Shown here piece after piece: positions 29,897 through 39,918 of a DNA stretch of 64,000 nucleotides. The translations under genes and the position numbers were made by a program. Each line of letters begins with the position of its first letter. The first letter of the stretch is position 1. The notes under the pieces were generated by a model. That model ran no database searches and was not told the origin of the DNA. It worked only from the letters and a program-made list of their open reading frames with translations. The stretch is from Candidatus Bathyarchaeota archaeon (GTDB lineage Archaea > Thermoproteota > Bathyarchaeia > Bathyarchaeales > Bathycorpusculaceae): positions 1,056,001 through 1,120,000 of the forward strand of contig CAWGYA010000008.1 in assembly GCA_963826715.1 (NCBI GenBank), written 5' to 3'.

Positions 29897-30997
29897 TTAA
29901 TGCGCTCCTCGTTTCGCATATTTTTGCAGGTTAAAACCTCGAGCAACTAGCCATTGGGCAGTTTTACCTGTTATAACGACTGGGGTATTTGTAAAATCGG
30001 AGATTTTCTCTACTCCTGTCAGGAACATTACGTTTCGGAGTTCCTCCATAAGGCAGGTCAGTTTCTGTTCGGTTTTCTCTGGACCCTTAACGGCGGTTTC
30101 TAGAATAGGTTGAACTATGCCTGCTAAGCTGGCTTTCAGGGCTAATGATTTGGCTATATCCGTGCCGCTACGCACGCCCCCCGACGCAATCAAGGGTACC
30201 TTAACGTTTTCTGCAGCTTCAATTAAGCTGATTACAGTTGGGATGCCCCAGTCCCAGAGTGCCTCACCCAAAAAATGTTGCACACCTTCCTTGGGGGATC
30301 CACGGTAATATTCTACTGCAGCAAAACTGGTTCCGCCAACTCCACCAACATCTATGGCTTTGACACCAGCGTCTTCAAGCAACCTCGCATCTTCCGCTGA
30401 GATACCAGCACCAGTTTCTTTAACGATGATGGGCTGATTGATTGTAGCGGCGATTTCTTTAATTTTTGATAAGATGCCTTTGAATTCGGTTTGCCCTTCA
30501 GGTTGTACAGCTTCTTGCACAGCGTTTAAATGAATTGCAACTGCGTCTGCGTCAATCATCTCCACAATCTGTTTGACATCTTTAGCGCCATAGCCTTGTA
30601 CGAGTTGGACGCCTCCGATGTTTGCAATTAAGAAAGCATGGGGTGCGCTTTCACGAGCAACTCTATAAGTTTTTTCTAAGCTTTTGTCTTCCAATGCTGC
30701 TCTTTGGCTGCCTAATCCCATTCCTAAGCCGAGTTTTTCGACTGCTTCTGCGATGGAGGCATTAATTTGGGTGGCTTTGGAAGTACCTCCTGTCATGGCA
30801 CCCACGATTATTGGCGCAGAAAATTGTTTACCAAGAAAAGTAGTTTTGAGGTTAATTTTGGCTCTATCAGTTTCAGGCAACGCACGGTGAACCAATTGGA
30901 TATCTTCAAAGCCTGCTGTGATATTTCGGGCTTGCGCTTTCTCATCAAGACAGATTCTGATATGCTCATCTTTACGTTTGCCAGTTTCCTGAGCCAT
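29897..30997 (-). CDS. fni: Type 2 isopentenyl-diphosphate isomerase
   Basis: RKDEHI, AMTGG, GSQR, QEAVQPEG, VKETG, ASGGVR. Confidence 0.95.
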   Translation of the reverse strand: MAQETGKRKDEHIRICLDEKAQARNITAGFEDIQLVHRALPETDRAKINLKTTFLGKQFSAPIIVGAMTGGTSKATQINASIAEAVEKLGLGMGLGSQRAALEDKSLEKTYRVARESAPHAFLIANIGGVQLVQGYGAKDVKQIVEMIDADAVAIHLNAVQEAVQPEGQTEFKGILSKIKEIAATINQPIIVKETGAGISAEDARLLEDAGVKAIDVGGVGGTSFAAVEYYRGSPKEGVQHFLGEALWDWGIPTVISLIEAAENVKVPLIASGGVRSGTDIAKSLALKASLAGIVQPILETAVKGPEKTEQKLTCLMEELRNVMFLTGVEKISDFTNTPVVITGKTAQWLVARGFNLQKYAKRGAH

Positions 30998-31004
30998 TTT
31001 AAGC

Positions 31005-31802
31005 CTACTCTATTTCAGTGCCTAACACACTTTGGTCTGTTAAGGCTCTGTATATGGATAACCCTTTTGTAGCGCCCGTAACGGTTACGTGAATTCCTGC
31101 TTCGATGGCTGGAATGAGTTCAGCGATTTTTCCTGCCATGCCTCCTGTAACATCGGTGCCTGTTGCCTTGCCGAGCTTAGGTTGTAGATCTTTAAGTTCT
31201 TGAAGGGTCAGTTTCTTGAAGGGTTTAGCGTCAGAGTTAGTTTTAGGGTCGCTATCAAAGATTCCGTCTGTATCAACGCCCACTACAATTTTTTGAGCTT
31301 TGTACTTTATAGCTAAATATGCAACAAGCTGGTCACCTGAAAGCACGGTGAAACCCAGTTTATCGTCAAGAACCACGTCGCCATAGAGGACGGGAGTGAA
31401 AACCATTTTGGCAAAGCTCCGGAATACGGTTTCATCGAAGAATTTGATTCTGCCATTTTGGGTTAAAAAGCAAGATGAAGGGGCGATGCTTATGGCTGGG
31501 AGTTCATGAAGAATAAGTGAGTCCATAACTAAGCCGTTGAGTACAGTCATCATATGATGGGTTTCAGCGAAACCGAATTTCTGTGCAGGGTCTTCTTTGA
31601 AGCCATCTTTTAAACCATATCTCTCAGCTGCAGGATGACCAAAGCTTCCACCGCCATGAACCACGATGAGATTATCGAGGTCAGCACGCTTGATTTCTTC
31701 GGCTACGCGGTTGATAATTTCTGTTTTCGGAGTTGCCTCAGCTGTTTTGTCAGTGATGGCTGAACCGCCGAGTTTTAGTATGATTGGGTTTGCATCGTTC
31801 AT
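31005..31802 (-). CDS. ipk: Isopentenyl phosphate kinase
   Basis: LKLGGSAITDK, VHGGGSFGH, SGD, DVTGGMAGK; adjacent to fni. Confidence 0.93.
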   Translation of the reverse strand: MNDANPIILKLGGSAITDKTAEATPKTEIINRVAEEIKRADLDNLIVVHGGGSFGHPAAERYGLKDGFKEDPAQKFGFAETHHMMTVLNGLVMDSLILHELPAISIAPSSCFLTQNGRIKFFDETVFRSFAKMVFTPVLYGDVVLDDKLGFTVLSGDQLVAYLAIKYKAQKIVVGVDTDGIFDSDPKTNSDAKPFKKLTLQELKDLQPKLGKATGTDVTGGMAGKIAELIPAIEAGIHVTVTGATKGLSIYRALTDQSVLGTEIE

Positions 31803-32252
31803 CGGAAATCTTACCTGCTATGTCTATCGTTGTTCTGCTAATTTAACGTTACAGTTCTATTGCTTCTGTCGTCTAGTATGGCAACGAGGTAGGCTGTTTT
31901 CTTTTTGTGGGCGTAAGTTTTAGTTATGCATAATGGTATTCGGACGTGTACTGTTCTCTGGGATTTTTTATTAATGGTTGGTTTGTTTTTTAGTATTAGT
32001 TGGAGGTAGGGCGCTTCCTATTTATCTCCTTCACCTAAGTTTGTGTAGGCGATTCCTTTTTGGTTCCTGCGTTTGATTTGGTTTGTTGGGCGCGTGGCGT
32101 TTTTGACGTAGCTCCACGGCGAGGACTTCTGTTTGGGCATGAAGGGTTTTTCTGAAGTTGGGAATAATGTCTGCCTTTTCTGGATGTTTTCTGAGTAGGT
32201 GTGTGTGGAAAGCGCTTTAAGGGGTTCCACCATATTTGAGGGTGTGATTGCT

Positions 32253-32822
32253 TTGCTGCGTGAATTCGTTCTTTTCTCGCGACTCGGAAAAACCGATTCC
32301 AACTTTAGCAGCCTTCATGACGCCGGTAGACTCGACATAGTCCACGAATGCATTGTCAGCGGCCTTTTCCTCTCCCACGGATTGCGCAGAGACGTTGCTT
32401 TTCACGCGGTCCTCAACGGAGCCCCAAATCCGCCAGTACACATTCAAATTGACGGCGAAACCCTCTATGATGTCCGCACCGACATGGAAACTTGGCAGCA
32501 GATCCTCAAAAAAACGTTAGCGGGCAAACCTCATCCGGGCATAACCAAAGACAGAACCGCCTTTGAAACTTTGCTTAGAGCTAAGGCACAGACGCATCAG
32601 GTCTATGTGCTTGAGGAAGACGGAAAAAACGTGGATGAGGTGTCTTTCCCAGAGAACAGTCTTTTTGTGCTGGGCGACCACGTGGGATTGCCCAAGAAAG
32701 CAGAGGCTTTCGTTTTGCGGTTTGGAGAAAAAATCAGCCTTGGCAAAACACCCTATTTAGCGGCATCCTGCATAAACATAATAAATTACACTCTGGACAG
32801 GCAGTCTAAACATCGCTTCTAA
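32253..32822 (+). CDS. trmY: tRNA (pseudouridine54-N1)-methyltransferase
   Basis: AGRLDIV, LFLSHGLRRD, FVLGDHVG SPOUT motif; start approximate. Confidence 0.9.
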   Translation: MLREFVLFSRLGKTDSNFSSLHDAGRLDIVHECIVSGLFLSHGLRRDVAFHAVLNGAPNPPVHIQIDGETLYDVRTDMETWQQILKKTLAGKPHPGITKDRTAFETLLRAKAQTHQVYVLEEDGKNVDEVSFPENSLFVLGDHVGLPKKAEAFVLRFGEKISLGKTPYLAASCINIINYTLDRQSKHRF

Positions 32823-33822
32823 AATGCTCCCATCCCCGCGCTTCAATTTCACGTGTTACGCCACCAACATTTAACAACAAATGCTTCTCTGCTGTTGCAT
32901 ACCCAATTCTAACAAGGTTTCCACCAACAGCTTTCACTGCAGCCTCCGCCACAGCCCAACTATCAGGTTTAACTGTGACCACCAACTCGTATTCTTCGCC
33001 TCCATAAAGAGTCAACTCCACCGCATCCACTCCATTAAACATCGCAAACTGCATCGCTTCTTTGGCAACAGGTAGCCTATCTACCACAAACCCTACCTTA
33101 CTCAGTCGTGCCAATTCATGTAAACTCCACGCTAAGCCATCACTTGAATCAATAGACGAAGACACCATCCCACAACCTGAAAGTGCCAACCCCTCTGCAA
33201 GTTTGGCTTTTGGGATAAGAACAGCTTCAGTTAAGCAGCGTTGAAGCTCCTCTGAAGCCACACCGCCAACTAACATCAGCCGAAGCCCCGCCGAGGTTTT
33301 GCCAAACAAACCTGTCACAGCCAATATATCACCTGGTTTGGCTCCTGAACGCAGCATTAGCTTAGCTTTTTCTGAGGTTCCAAACAATGAGATAGAGATG
33401 ATGAGGTCACTAGATTCGTTGGTATCGCCACCAACCACATAGGCGCCATATTCCCTTGCTCCCGCATTCAATCCCTTAGTAATTGCTTCGATATCAGATA
33501 GCGTGAAATTGCTGGGTAAACCTAAAGCCACTAGAGCAGCAGTGGGTGCCACGCCTTTAGCTGCAAAGTCACTTACGTTCATTACTATGCTTTTACGAGC
33601 GGCTTGATATAGGCTCATTTCTTTTGGTACATCAGTTTTCGCCACCAGCATGTCGGTTTTCAGAACCGCCACTCGTTTCCCGCTAAGGTCTATTGCAGAA
33701 ACGTCGTCGCCGAATGGTACCGCAATGTTCGGCATTGCCGCAAGGTGTTGCTCTATAATCTTAATGATTCGATGTTCACCCAACTCGGAAGCTGATGTCT
33801 TTGCAGTTTCGGGTTCGCTCAT
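32806..33822 (-). CDS. thiL: Thiamine-monophosphate kinase
   Basis: GDD, NVSDFAAKG, GGDT, DSSDGL, GGEEYEL. Confidence 0.94.
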   Translation of the reverse strand: MSEPETAKTSASELGEHRIIKIIEQHLAAMPNIAVPFGDDVSAIDLSGKRVAVLKTDMLVAKTDVPKEMSLYQAARKSIVMNVSDFAAKGVAPTAALVALGLPSNFTLSDIEAITKGLNAGAREYGAYVVGGDTNESSDLIISISLFGTSEKAKLMLRSGAKPGDILAVTGLFGKTSAGLRLMLVGGVASEELQRCLTEAVLIPKAKLAEGLALSGCGMVSSSIDSSDGLAWSLHELARLSKVGFVVDRLPVAKEAMQFAMFNGVDAVELTLYGGEEYELVVTVKPDSWAVAEAAVKAVGGNLVRIGYATAEKHLLLNVGGVTREIEARGWEHFRSDV

Positions 33823-33893
33823 TTTGTCACGCCTGTTTTAAATCTAGGCTTGTGAACATTTAAAAATTGGTGTTTCATTGTTTAGCCTTTGAC

Positions 33894-33970
33894 GCCCCGA
33901 TGGCTCAGCCTGGTAGAGCGGCTGCCTCGTAAGCAGCAGGCCGCGGGATCAAAGCCCGCTCGAGGCTCCA
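33894..33970 (+). tRNA. tRNA-Thr (CGT), CCA encoded
   Basis: Cloverleaf GCCCCGA/TCGAGGC, D-arm GCTC/GAGC, anticodon arm GCTGC-CTCGTAA-GCAGC, T-arm GCGGG-ATCAAAG-CCCGC. Confidence 0.92.
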
Positions 33971-34638
33971 TTTCTAAAAATTATTTATCGGGTTTTTCGC
34001 TTTTAATTAATTCTTAAATTAAAAATTGAATGGTGGAGCTTACAGAAAAATGGGGGTAAATTTGTCGGGTCTTGATTTAAGTGGCTTTCTACTATGGCAT
34101 CAATCTCCATTTGTTTTTTGACATTTTTAATTTAGAGCTGCACTCTCTTTGAGGAATTTTTTATATTTTATTTGATAATACGTAAATCCAGCCATCAGCG
34201 AGCTTGCACCAAACACTATTAAGAGTATGTTTTCGGCTATCATCTTTTTCATCACACATGGGGGAAATAGAGGTTTTCTTTTGAGGTTGTTTTCCTGTTT
34301 TTCTCCATTTATTCCACCGCTTATGAGTATTGTTCGGGCTTCGGCGAATATAAACCTGTTTAAGATTTGTTCATAATTATTGTGCAGATGTGGATATGTG
34401 TACGATTTATTTTTACTTTACCAAATGAACGTTGGATATTGTACCTATTGACTTTACAAATGTAGAAAACAGCATCTGCTATCACAAATAGAAAAAAGCT
34501 GTTTTGCCTCAACCTAATGGGGCTGAATTGGGTTTTTGTATTTATGTTGTACATTCAGATCAGAAACCCTGTGATGAAGCAAAGTTTATTAAATCTTAAG
34601 ATGACTGAAGTGATTGTGTGTTTGGACGTGATGATAGA

Positions 34639-34971
34639 ATGCAGTTTTTCCATGGACATCAAAACGAAAAGCTTCGTTGTCCATACAAGGGCTGCGAAAA
34701 AAAATTCGACAAACCTACTGTCATAACCGATACCTCAATAATTCCGCGGCAGACCCACTACGCTTGCCCCTATTGTATGTCTCGTCTTAACATCCAAACT
34801 GAACATTACAAGATTATTAGTGTTAAAACCGCTGAGTACCCCACGGTTTTAGATTCACCTGCCAAATGCGCCCATTTTAGCGGACTACTTAACAATCCAC
34901 ATGAAAATACCTTAACTGAAGAGTGTTTACTTTGCCCCAAAGTACTTCAATGTAACGTCCGAAAAAAATAG
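34639..34971 (+). CDS. Cys-rich putative zinc-binding protein
   Basis: CPYKGC, CPYC and CAHF...CLLCPKVLQC motifs. Confidence 0.75.
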   Translation: MQFFHGHQNEKLRCPYKGCEKKFDKPTVITDTSIIPRQTHYACPYCMSRLNIQTEHYKIISVKTAEYPTVLDSPAKCAHFSGLLNNPHENTLTEECLLCPKVLQCNVRKK

Positions 34972-35140
34972 AGGGGCTATTTTGGTATCTGCAACAAAAC
35001 TGTGTTAGCATCCCCAAAAAACTGAAAACCGATGATTTCCGCAAGACCGTCGTAACAACGTTTGTTATATATTTGTTGCCAAAAATAGCTGATGGAGAAC
35101 TTATTTTTTATATATTTTTGGGAGCACTACAGAAGGGGCT

Positions 35141-35539
35141 CTAAAGCAGGATTCTTTTGATTATCCAGGTGTGACTGGCTGTTTTCTCCATGAAAACACT
35201 GATTTTGTTTCCGCCGATGTTCATGCACAGTACCTTTACATTTTTGCCTTCAACTATCACGCTTTCAATGGTGGTTAAATTAAAATGCCTTCCAATCTCA
35301 TGGCTAGCAGTATGTATCTGAAGCGACATTAAGGCATAATCATCGATTTTGCCCTGCTCAATTAAATCTACAATTGCTGAAGCTTCACTGCGTAGTATAT
35401 AACCTATTACACCTTTTAATTTGCGAATCTCCGCCAAGCTTGCAGCAAGATTGGCGAAAACAGAGTTATCTACTGCCATAGAGACCGATGATGATAAATC
35501 TGCGAGTTGTGTGGTGGTCTGCTCTGGATTAAGCTGCAT
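35141..35539 (-). CDS. Roadblock/LC7-like protein
   Basis: LAEIRKLKGVIGYILR...IESVIVEGKNVKVL..ISVF roadblock pattern. Confidence 0.7.
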   Translation of the reverse strand: MQLNPEQTTTQLADLSSSVSMAVDNSVFANLAASLAEIRKLKGVIGYILRSEASAIVDLIEQGKIDDYALMSLQIHTASHEIGRHFNLTTIESVIVEGKNVKVLCMNIGGNKISVFMEKTASHTWIIKRILL

Positions 35540-36324
35540 TAGATCTCCTCGGTTATAAATGGTTTAATGATAACTAATTTGCCTTTATCACATTGTAGCG
35601 ACTGAAGGATTTTCTCAGGGACTTGGATGACGCCTTTGATGTTAGATTTGCCCTCTTTTTTAGGCTTAAATTTACAGGTGATAGTTTTGCCATCCAAAGT
35701 TTCAACTATGACATGGGTGAACTGTTTTTCACCATACAGGTTTTCCCATTTAATTATTACTTCAGGGTCTATCCGAACTGTGTCCTGTGTAACCAGCAAC
35801 CCAGAAATTTTCTCCACCATAAACTGCATAGTAGGTGCTTTAGGCAGAAACCGCGTTACGATCACAGACGGGTCAGTTTTGGTTTCTGTACCCGCTTTTT
35901 CTTTAGCAGGTAAAACAGCATTTTCGCTAAGTTTTGAAGTTAGCAGAGCATCCTCTTTATCTGTCAACTTGGGGGCTGCATTGAAGGCCAGGCGAATAAT
36001 TGTTGGAATAACTACTTGAGTAATCGAAGACACTATTTTCTGATTCCCCATACGGGAAGAAACCGTTGCCAGATAGTAGTCATCTACTTTGTTTATGCTA
36101 AGATGGCTGGCAGAATCGAGAATGGTGAAGGTTTCGATTCCGCCGATGCTATTAGCTTTTATTTTGTTGAGGCAAGCGGATAGTCCTTGAGTTTGATCAG
36201 CGGTCGCGTTTTCACTGTTTGCAATGATTGCTCCATCTTTTTTGAGGACAAACGCGTTTGTTATGTCTGGGGTTAAATTTTTTATTTCTCCCATAATAAT
36301 TTGTAAGCTACTGTTTTGGCTCAC
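35539..36324 (-). CDS. Roadblock/LC7 domain fused to a C-terminal beta-barrel-like domain
   Basis: N-terminal DITNAFVLKKDGAIIA roadblock motif; linker; C-terminal GVIQVPEKILQSL..KGKLVIIKP. Confidence 0.65.
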   Translation of the reverse strand: MSQNSSLQIIMGEIKNLTPDITNAFVLKKDGAIIANSENATADQTQGLSACLNKIKANSIGGIETFTILDSASHLSINKVDDYYLATVSSRMGNQKIVSSITQVVIPTIIRLAFNAAPKLTDKEDALLTSKLSENAVLPAKEKAGTETKTDPSVIVTRFLPKAPTMQFMVEKISGLLVTQDTVRIDPEVIIKWENLYGEKQFTHVIVETLDGKTITCKFKPKKEGKSNIKGVIQVPEKILQSLQCDKGKLVIIKPFITEEI

Positions 36325-36339
36325 TTCTCTTCTTTCCTG

Positions 36340-36765
36340 TTAAGCGATTTTGAAGAGTATACGTTCTGGTATGCCTTCGTCTTCTAGTACAAAGTACTTG
36401 AGACCCTCGGTGTCTCCGAGTTGATCCAACCACTTGAGTGCTTCACGAACTTTCTGCAAAACTAAAAGCCTCTCTTGGTGGCTACGCACCACAGACTCTA
36501 TAGCAGAGAGTTCATGGAAGGGGGTGGCGTCTAACACAATATTTAATGTACCGACGGTGATTTCACCGGGGCTATCGTTGGAAGTTTTTTTACCTGCTAA
36601 TTTGAGAACTACTTCGCGGATTTTTTTAGATTTTTCAGCTAAAGTGCGAATTTCGTCGAGTTTGCGAAGATATTCGCCCAAGACACTTTTAGTTTCAGAT
36701 AGCTGCTTATCGAGGGCTTCAGCTATAGCTTGAGCGGATGTGTACTCCTTGATTTGTATAACCAT
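36340..36765 (-). CDS. Conserved hypothetical coiled-coil protein
   Basis: Two amphipathic helices flanking a short beta hairpin; co-oriented with pilin and roadblock genes. Confidence 0.7.
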   Translation of the reverse strand: MVIQIKEYTSAQAIAEALDKQLSETKSVLGEYLRKLDEIRTLAEKSKKIREVVLKLAGKKTSNDSPGEITVGTLNIVLDATPFHELSAIESVVRSHQERLLVLQKVREALKWLDQLGDTEGLKYFVLEDEGIPERILFKIA

Positions 36766-36861
36766 AATTTTGTGCTCCTAACTTTTGTTATAAAGAGAAA
36801 AGGAAAATTGAGGTGAAATCGCTCTCACCTTACCCCTAAGTTCTAAATTTTCGTTAGATGT

Positions 36862-37308
36862 TTATGGGTTGTAAGTGATGGTATATGGGATAGTTGTGCC
36901 TTTGGCGGTGACTAGTTTTATTGAATATTGAGCACCTGGGCTAAAGTCAACGTCATTAGTCAAAGTGAAAGTAACTGTTTTACCTTTTGCAACATCGGTA
37001 TTTGTGATCGTCGCATTAATGTTTGCTATGTCAACAGCTGCTCCATCAATACTCGCTGAGTCAATGGTTATGGTGGCTGTTCCTGTATTTCGAACGTCAA
37101 GACAAACAATAGTTGCATCAGCTGCGTCAAATGAGTAGTTTGTTATTGATACTTGTTCTGCGTTTCCCATGAGTCCGATGGTCATTCCGCCCATCCATGC
37201 TGCGACGACGACGCTGACGGCTACTGTGACTGCGATGAGTATGATTGAGGCTACTACTGGGCTTAGGGCTTTTGTGTTTTTCCTTATTTTTCTGTATAGG
37301 TTGTTCAT
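36862..37308 (-). CDS. Archaeal type IV pilin
   Basis: Class III signal peptide RKNTKA/LSPVVASIILIAVTVAV; ATG at 37308. Confidence 0.92.
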   Translation of the reverse strand: MNNLYRKIRKNTKALSPVVASIILIAVTVAVSVVVAAWMGGMTIGLMGNAEQVSITNYSFDAADATIVCLDVRNTGTATITIDSASIDGAAVDIANINATITNTDVAKGKTVTFTLTNDVDFSPGAQYSIKLVTAKGTTIPYTITYNP

Positions 37309-37461
37309 TTTTTGTTTCCCTTTATGGTTTTCTAATATGGATTTCAAAGAAGAACCATTTAAGTATTGCGACTTAATACACAATACTAAGTATTCGTTGA
37401 ACGCCAATACAGTTGCCGATAAAATTAAAGAAAATAAGAAACAGAGAACAAAATTATGAGT

Positions 37462-37797
37462 TTAAACATCTAACTCATCAAAGAATCCGAGAAGAAGTTT
37501 GGCAACTTTTTCGCCCAACTCAGTTTTCAAATAGTATTTTTTGAGTGGGTCGATGCGTTCGCTCTTTGCTAAACCCAAAGATTCAATTTCTATCATTCTT
37601 GCCCTAAATGTGCCATCGCTAAGTGTTAGGCTGTTGTCGCGCATGAAATCTTTTGCGTCTTTCCATTTGCCGCGTCCGATATATAGCAAAAGTAGGCAGT
37701 CAATGGCGTGGTCTTTTTCGAGCATTGCCTTAATAGAAGCCATCTTGGGGTCAGTAAGCAGGTGCTTTATCTTCTCTTCGTTCACATTTTTCACCAT
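37462..37797 (-). CDS. Winged-helix transcriptional regulator
   Basis: LSDGTFRARMIEIESLGL..KKYYLKTELGEKVA. Confidence 0.75.
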   Translation of the reverse strand: MVKNVNEEKIKHLLTDPKMASIKAMLEKDHAIDCLLLLYIGRGKWKDAKDFMRDNSLTLSDGTFRARMIEIESLGLAKSERIDPLKKYYLKTELGEKVAKLLLGFFDELDV

Positions 37798-38087
37798 TTG
37801 TGTTATCTCCTTTCATTTTGATTATTGGGTAGGCACCTAAGCTTTTAAACTATATTACGAATTACGAAACATATCTTCTGATGCCTGCTTTCCCGTTTTA
37901 ACAATACGCACCACCTCCCTTATAAGCTTGCAATAAAGAACCGTTTCGGAGCATCAACCACAACAATTGGGTATGCAACATAGCAAATCAGAAACAGATG
38001 TAAAGGTTTTGATTCTTTGAGTGGGCACCATTACGATTACAGAAACCCTTAACAACGCAGAAGCTTCCCAGTTTACAGGGTATATCA

Positions 38088-38672
38088 TTGGTAGACAGTG
38101 TCGAATACCAGGTTCCTTCATGCAACCAAATCTATCATATGCTCTTTCGCCAAGCCCAAAAAATCAAAAATCACCCCTTTCGCCCTGAAGTTGTGGTTGG
38201 TATTGCCCGAGGTGGCATTGTGCCCGCCAGATTTTTAGCGGATTTTCTTGAGACACTGCAGTTCGGCATATTGCAGATTGAATTATATTTGGATATTGGT
38301 ATAGCCAAAACTGAACCAACTCTGAAACATGAGCTAACATGCAAAGTCTCAGGCAAAACGGTTTTGCTTGTAGATGATATCGCTGATAGTGGCAAGACAT
38401 TACAGTTTGCGATAATCCACTTGACCCAACTAGGTGCAGCTTCGGTTAAAACTGCCACCCTATACCATAAACCCCATTCTGTATTCACACCAGACTTCTA
38501 CGAGAAACAAACCAGCAATTGGGTGGTTTTTCCATGGGATCTACAGGAAACCCTGAGAAAAATTATACAGAAGCAAAAGGGGAAGCGACAGGTAAATAGG
38601 GAAATCGCAAATCTTGTAAACGCGGGTTTACCTAAAACTTTAGCGGATAAACTCTTAAAAGACATGCTGTAA
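38088..38672 (+). CDS. Type I phosphoribosyltransferase (purine PRT-like)
   Basis: GIARGG, VLLVDDIADSGKTL, WVVFPW. Confidence 0.9.
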   Translation: MVDSVEYQVPSCNQIYHMLFRQAQKIKNHPFRPEVVVGIARGGIVPARFLADFLETLQFGILQIELYLDIGIAKTEPTLKHELTCKVSGKTVLLVDDIADSGKTLQFAIIHLTQLGAASVKTATLYHKPHSVFTPDFYEKQTSNWVVFPWDLQETLRKIIQKQKGKRQVNREIANLVNAGLPKTLADKLLKDML

Positions 38673-38684
38673 GAGCAAAAAGGT

Positions 38685-39248
38685 ATGCTACATTTAATCG
38701 AGGAATACGGTGAATATGTGGAAATCACAGGTTACTCTGAAGTGTCGTTCGATGTGGCAGAGGCGTTCTTGAAACTCAATCGCAACCAAGCTTCAATGGG
38801 CATTGAAATCCAATTCTTCGATGCGAGCTTAATCGCGTCTTGGCTGCACCTCTACTTTGCAGTTCAAAATGCAATTGTGGCTTTCAGGGGTAAAACCAAC
38901 GTTACTAAAAGTGTGGCAGTGGAGACGGTGTTGTATGCTGCTGCTGAGCGACAAATCCAGAAATCCATTGCAAAAATAGGCATAAAATCTCAAACCGAAA
39001 ATATTGCAGTTATTATAGTTGGAAAAAACTGTGAGTTAGTGAAGAGGATGTTGGCGGAAATTTCGGTATCTTTTGGTGGCAAGATTGATGAATCGGTTTT
39101 GGAGTTAACTAAACAGAAAATAGCGAAAATCCGTGAAGTATTCAATATATCCCAAAATGAGGTTGACTCTGCTACAAGAAGCTCCGCAGAAGAGGCGGTT
39201 GTGAACTTGGTTATTGAACGAGTAGCGTTATTGGCGACTCAGATTTAA
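38685..39248 (+). CDS. cgi121: KEOPS complex subunit Cgi121
   Basis: HLYFA, ETVLYAAAERQI, VIERVALL. Confidence 0.88.
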   Translation: MLHLIEEYGEYVEITGYSEVSFDVAEAFLKLNRNQASMGIEIQFFDASLIASWLHLYFAVQNAIVAFRGKTNVTKSVAVETVLYAAAERQIQKSIAKIGIKSQTENIAVIIVGKNCELVKRMLAEISVSFGGKIDESVLELTKQKIAKIREVFNISQNEVDSATRSSAEEAVVNLVIERVALLATQI

Positions 39249-39772
39249 AGCAGTTTTTCTTTGACAACAGCCAAAACATCGCTGGGTTTTAGCAACGAAA
39301 TGCCTGTCAATGCACCCAAAACCTCGATCTGTAGAATCCAATCAGGATTTTTGAGGTCAACCTTATTTTTAATGTCGCCTGCTGCAGCTTCAATTATGTC
39401 TCTGGAATGGAGCTCAGTGAAACGCTTCTCAACTGTAACCCGAAAGGTTTGATTCTCGCCGATTTTCTCCGACATCTCTTTTGTTGCTTTCTGTATTTCC
39501 TCCAAATCCGTTTGTACAACCTTCTGCACCGGCACAATACGCAGAGCATAACGAAAAATGTAGGGTCGTTCAGCAAGGATACCGCGAAATTTCTCCATGG
39601 CGGCAAGAGGGTCTTGGGCGGTTTTGACCACGATTAACCCTCGGATTTTTGTTTTGCTTGCTTTAGCTTCAGCATCACCAAGTTCGTCTTTGAGGATGAA
39701 GAGGATTTCATTTATCATTGCACGTTCGTTGCCACGGGAAGTAGTAACTATGAGGTTAAGGTCATTTATCAT
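39245..39772 (-). CDS. THUMP domain RNA-binding protein
   Basis: TFRVTVEKR, KVDLKNPDWILQIEVLG. Confidence 0.88.
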   Translation of the reverse strand: MINDLNLIVTTSRGNERAMINEILFILKDELGDAEAKASKTKIRGLIVVKTAQDPLAAMEKFRGILAERPYIFRYALRIVPVQKVVQTDLEEIQKATKEMSEKIGENQTFRVTVEKRFTELHSRDIIEAAAGDIKNKVDLKNPDWILQIEVLGALTGISLLKPSDVLAVVKEKLL

Positions 39773-39918
39773 GGGATATTCTCTAGTAGAAGGTGAGTTG
39801 CTGGTTATTTTTGTTTTGCTCCCACATTTTTATGGAATGTTTACTCTAAAAATGTTATATTCTGAAGATTACTTGACTAACTAGTCAGATTTTGTCACCC
39901 ATCTCCAAGATGGCGAAC

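Noticed and set aside
32018-32140. 40-aa basic ORF (MPKQKSSPWSYVK...) in a G/T-skewed intergenic region
   Set aside because: No recognisable motif or SD; cannot be supported from sequence alone.
33971-34600. Integrated element downstream of tRNA-Thr(CGT)
   Set aside because: No integrase or duplicated tRNA 3' end nearby; the second tRNA-Thr is a full, inverted gene with a different anticodon.
36862-37308. Archaellin
   Set aside because: Short protein with LSPVVA pilin-type N-terminus and no arl genes nearby.
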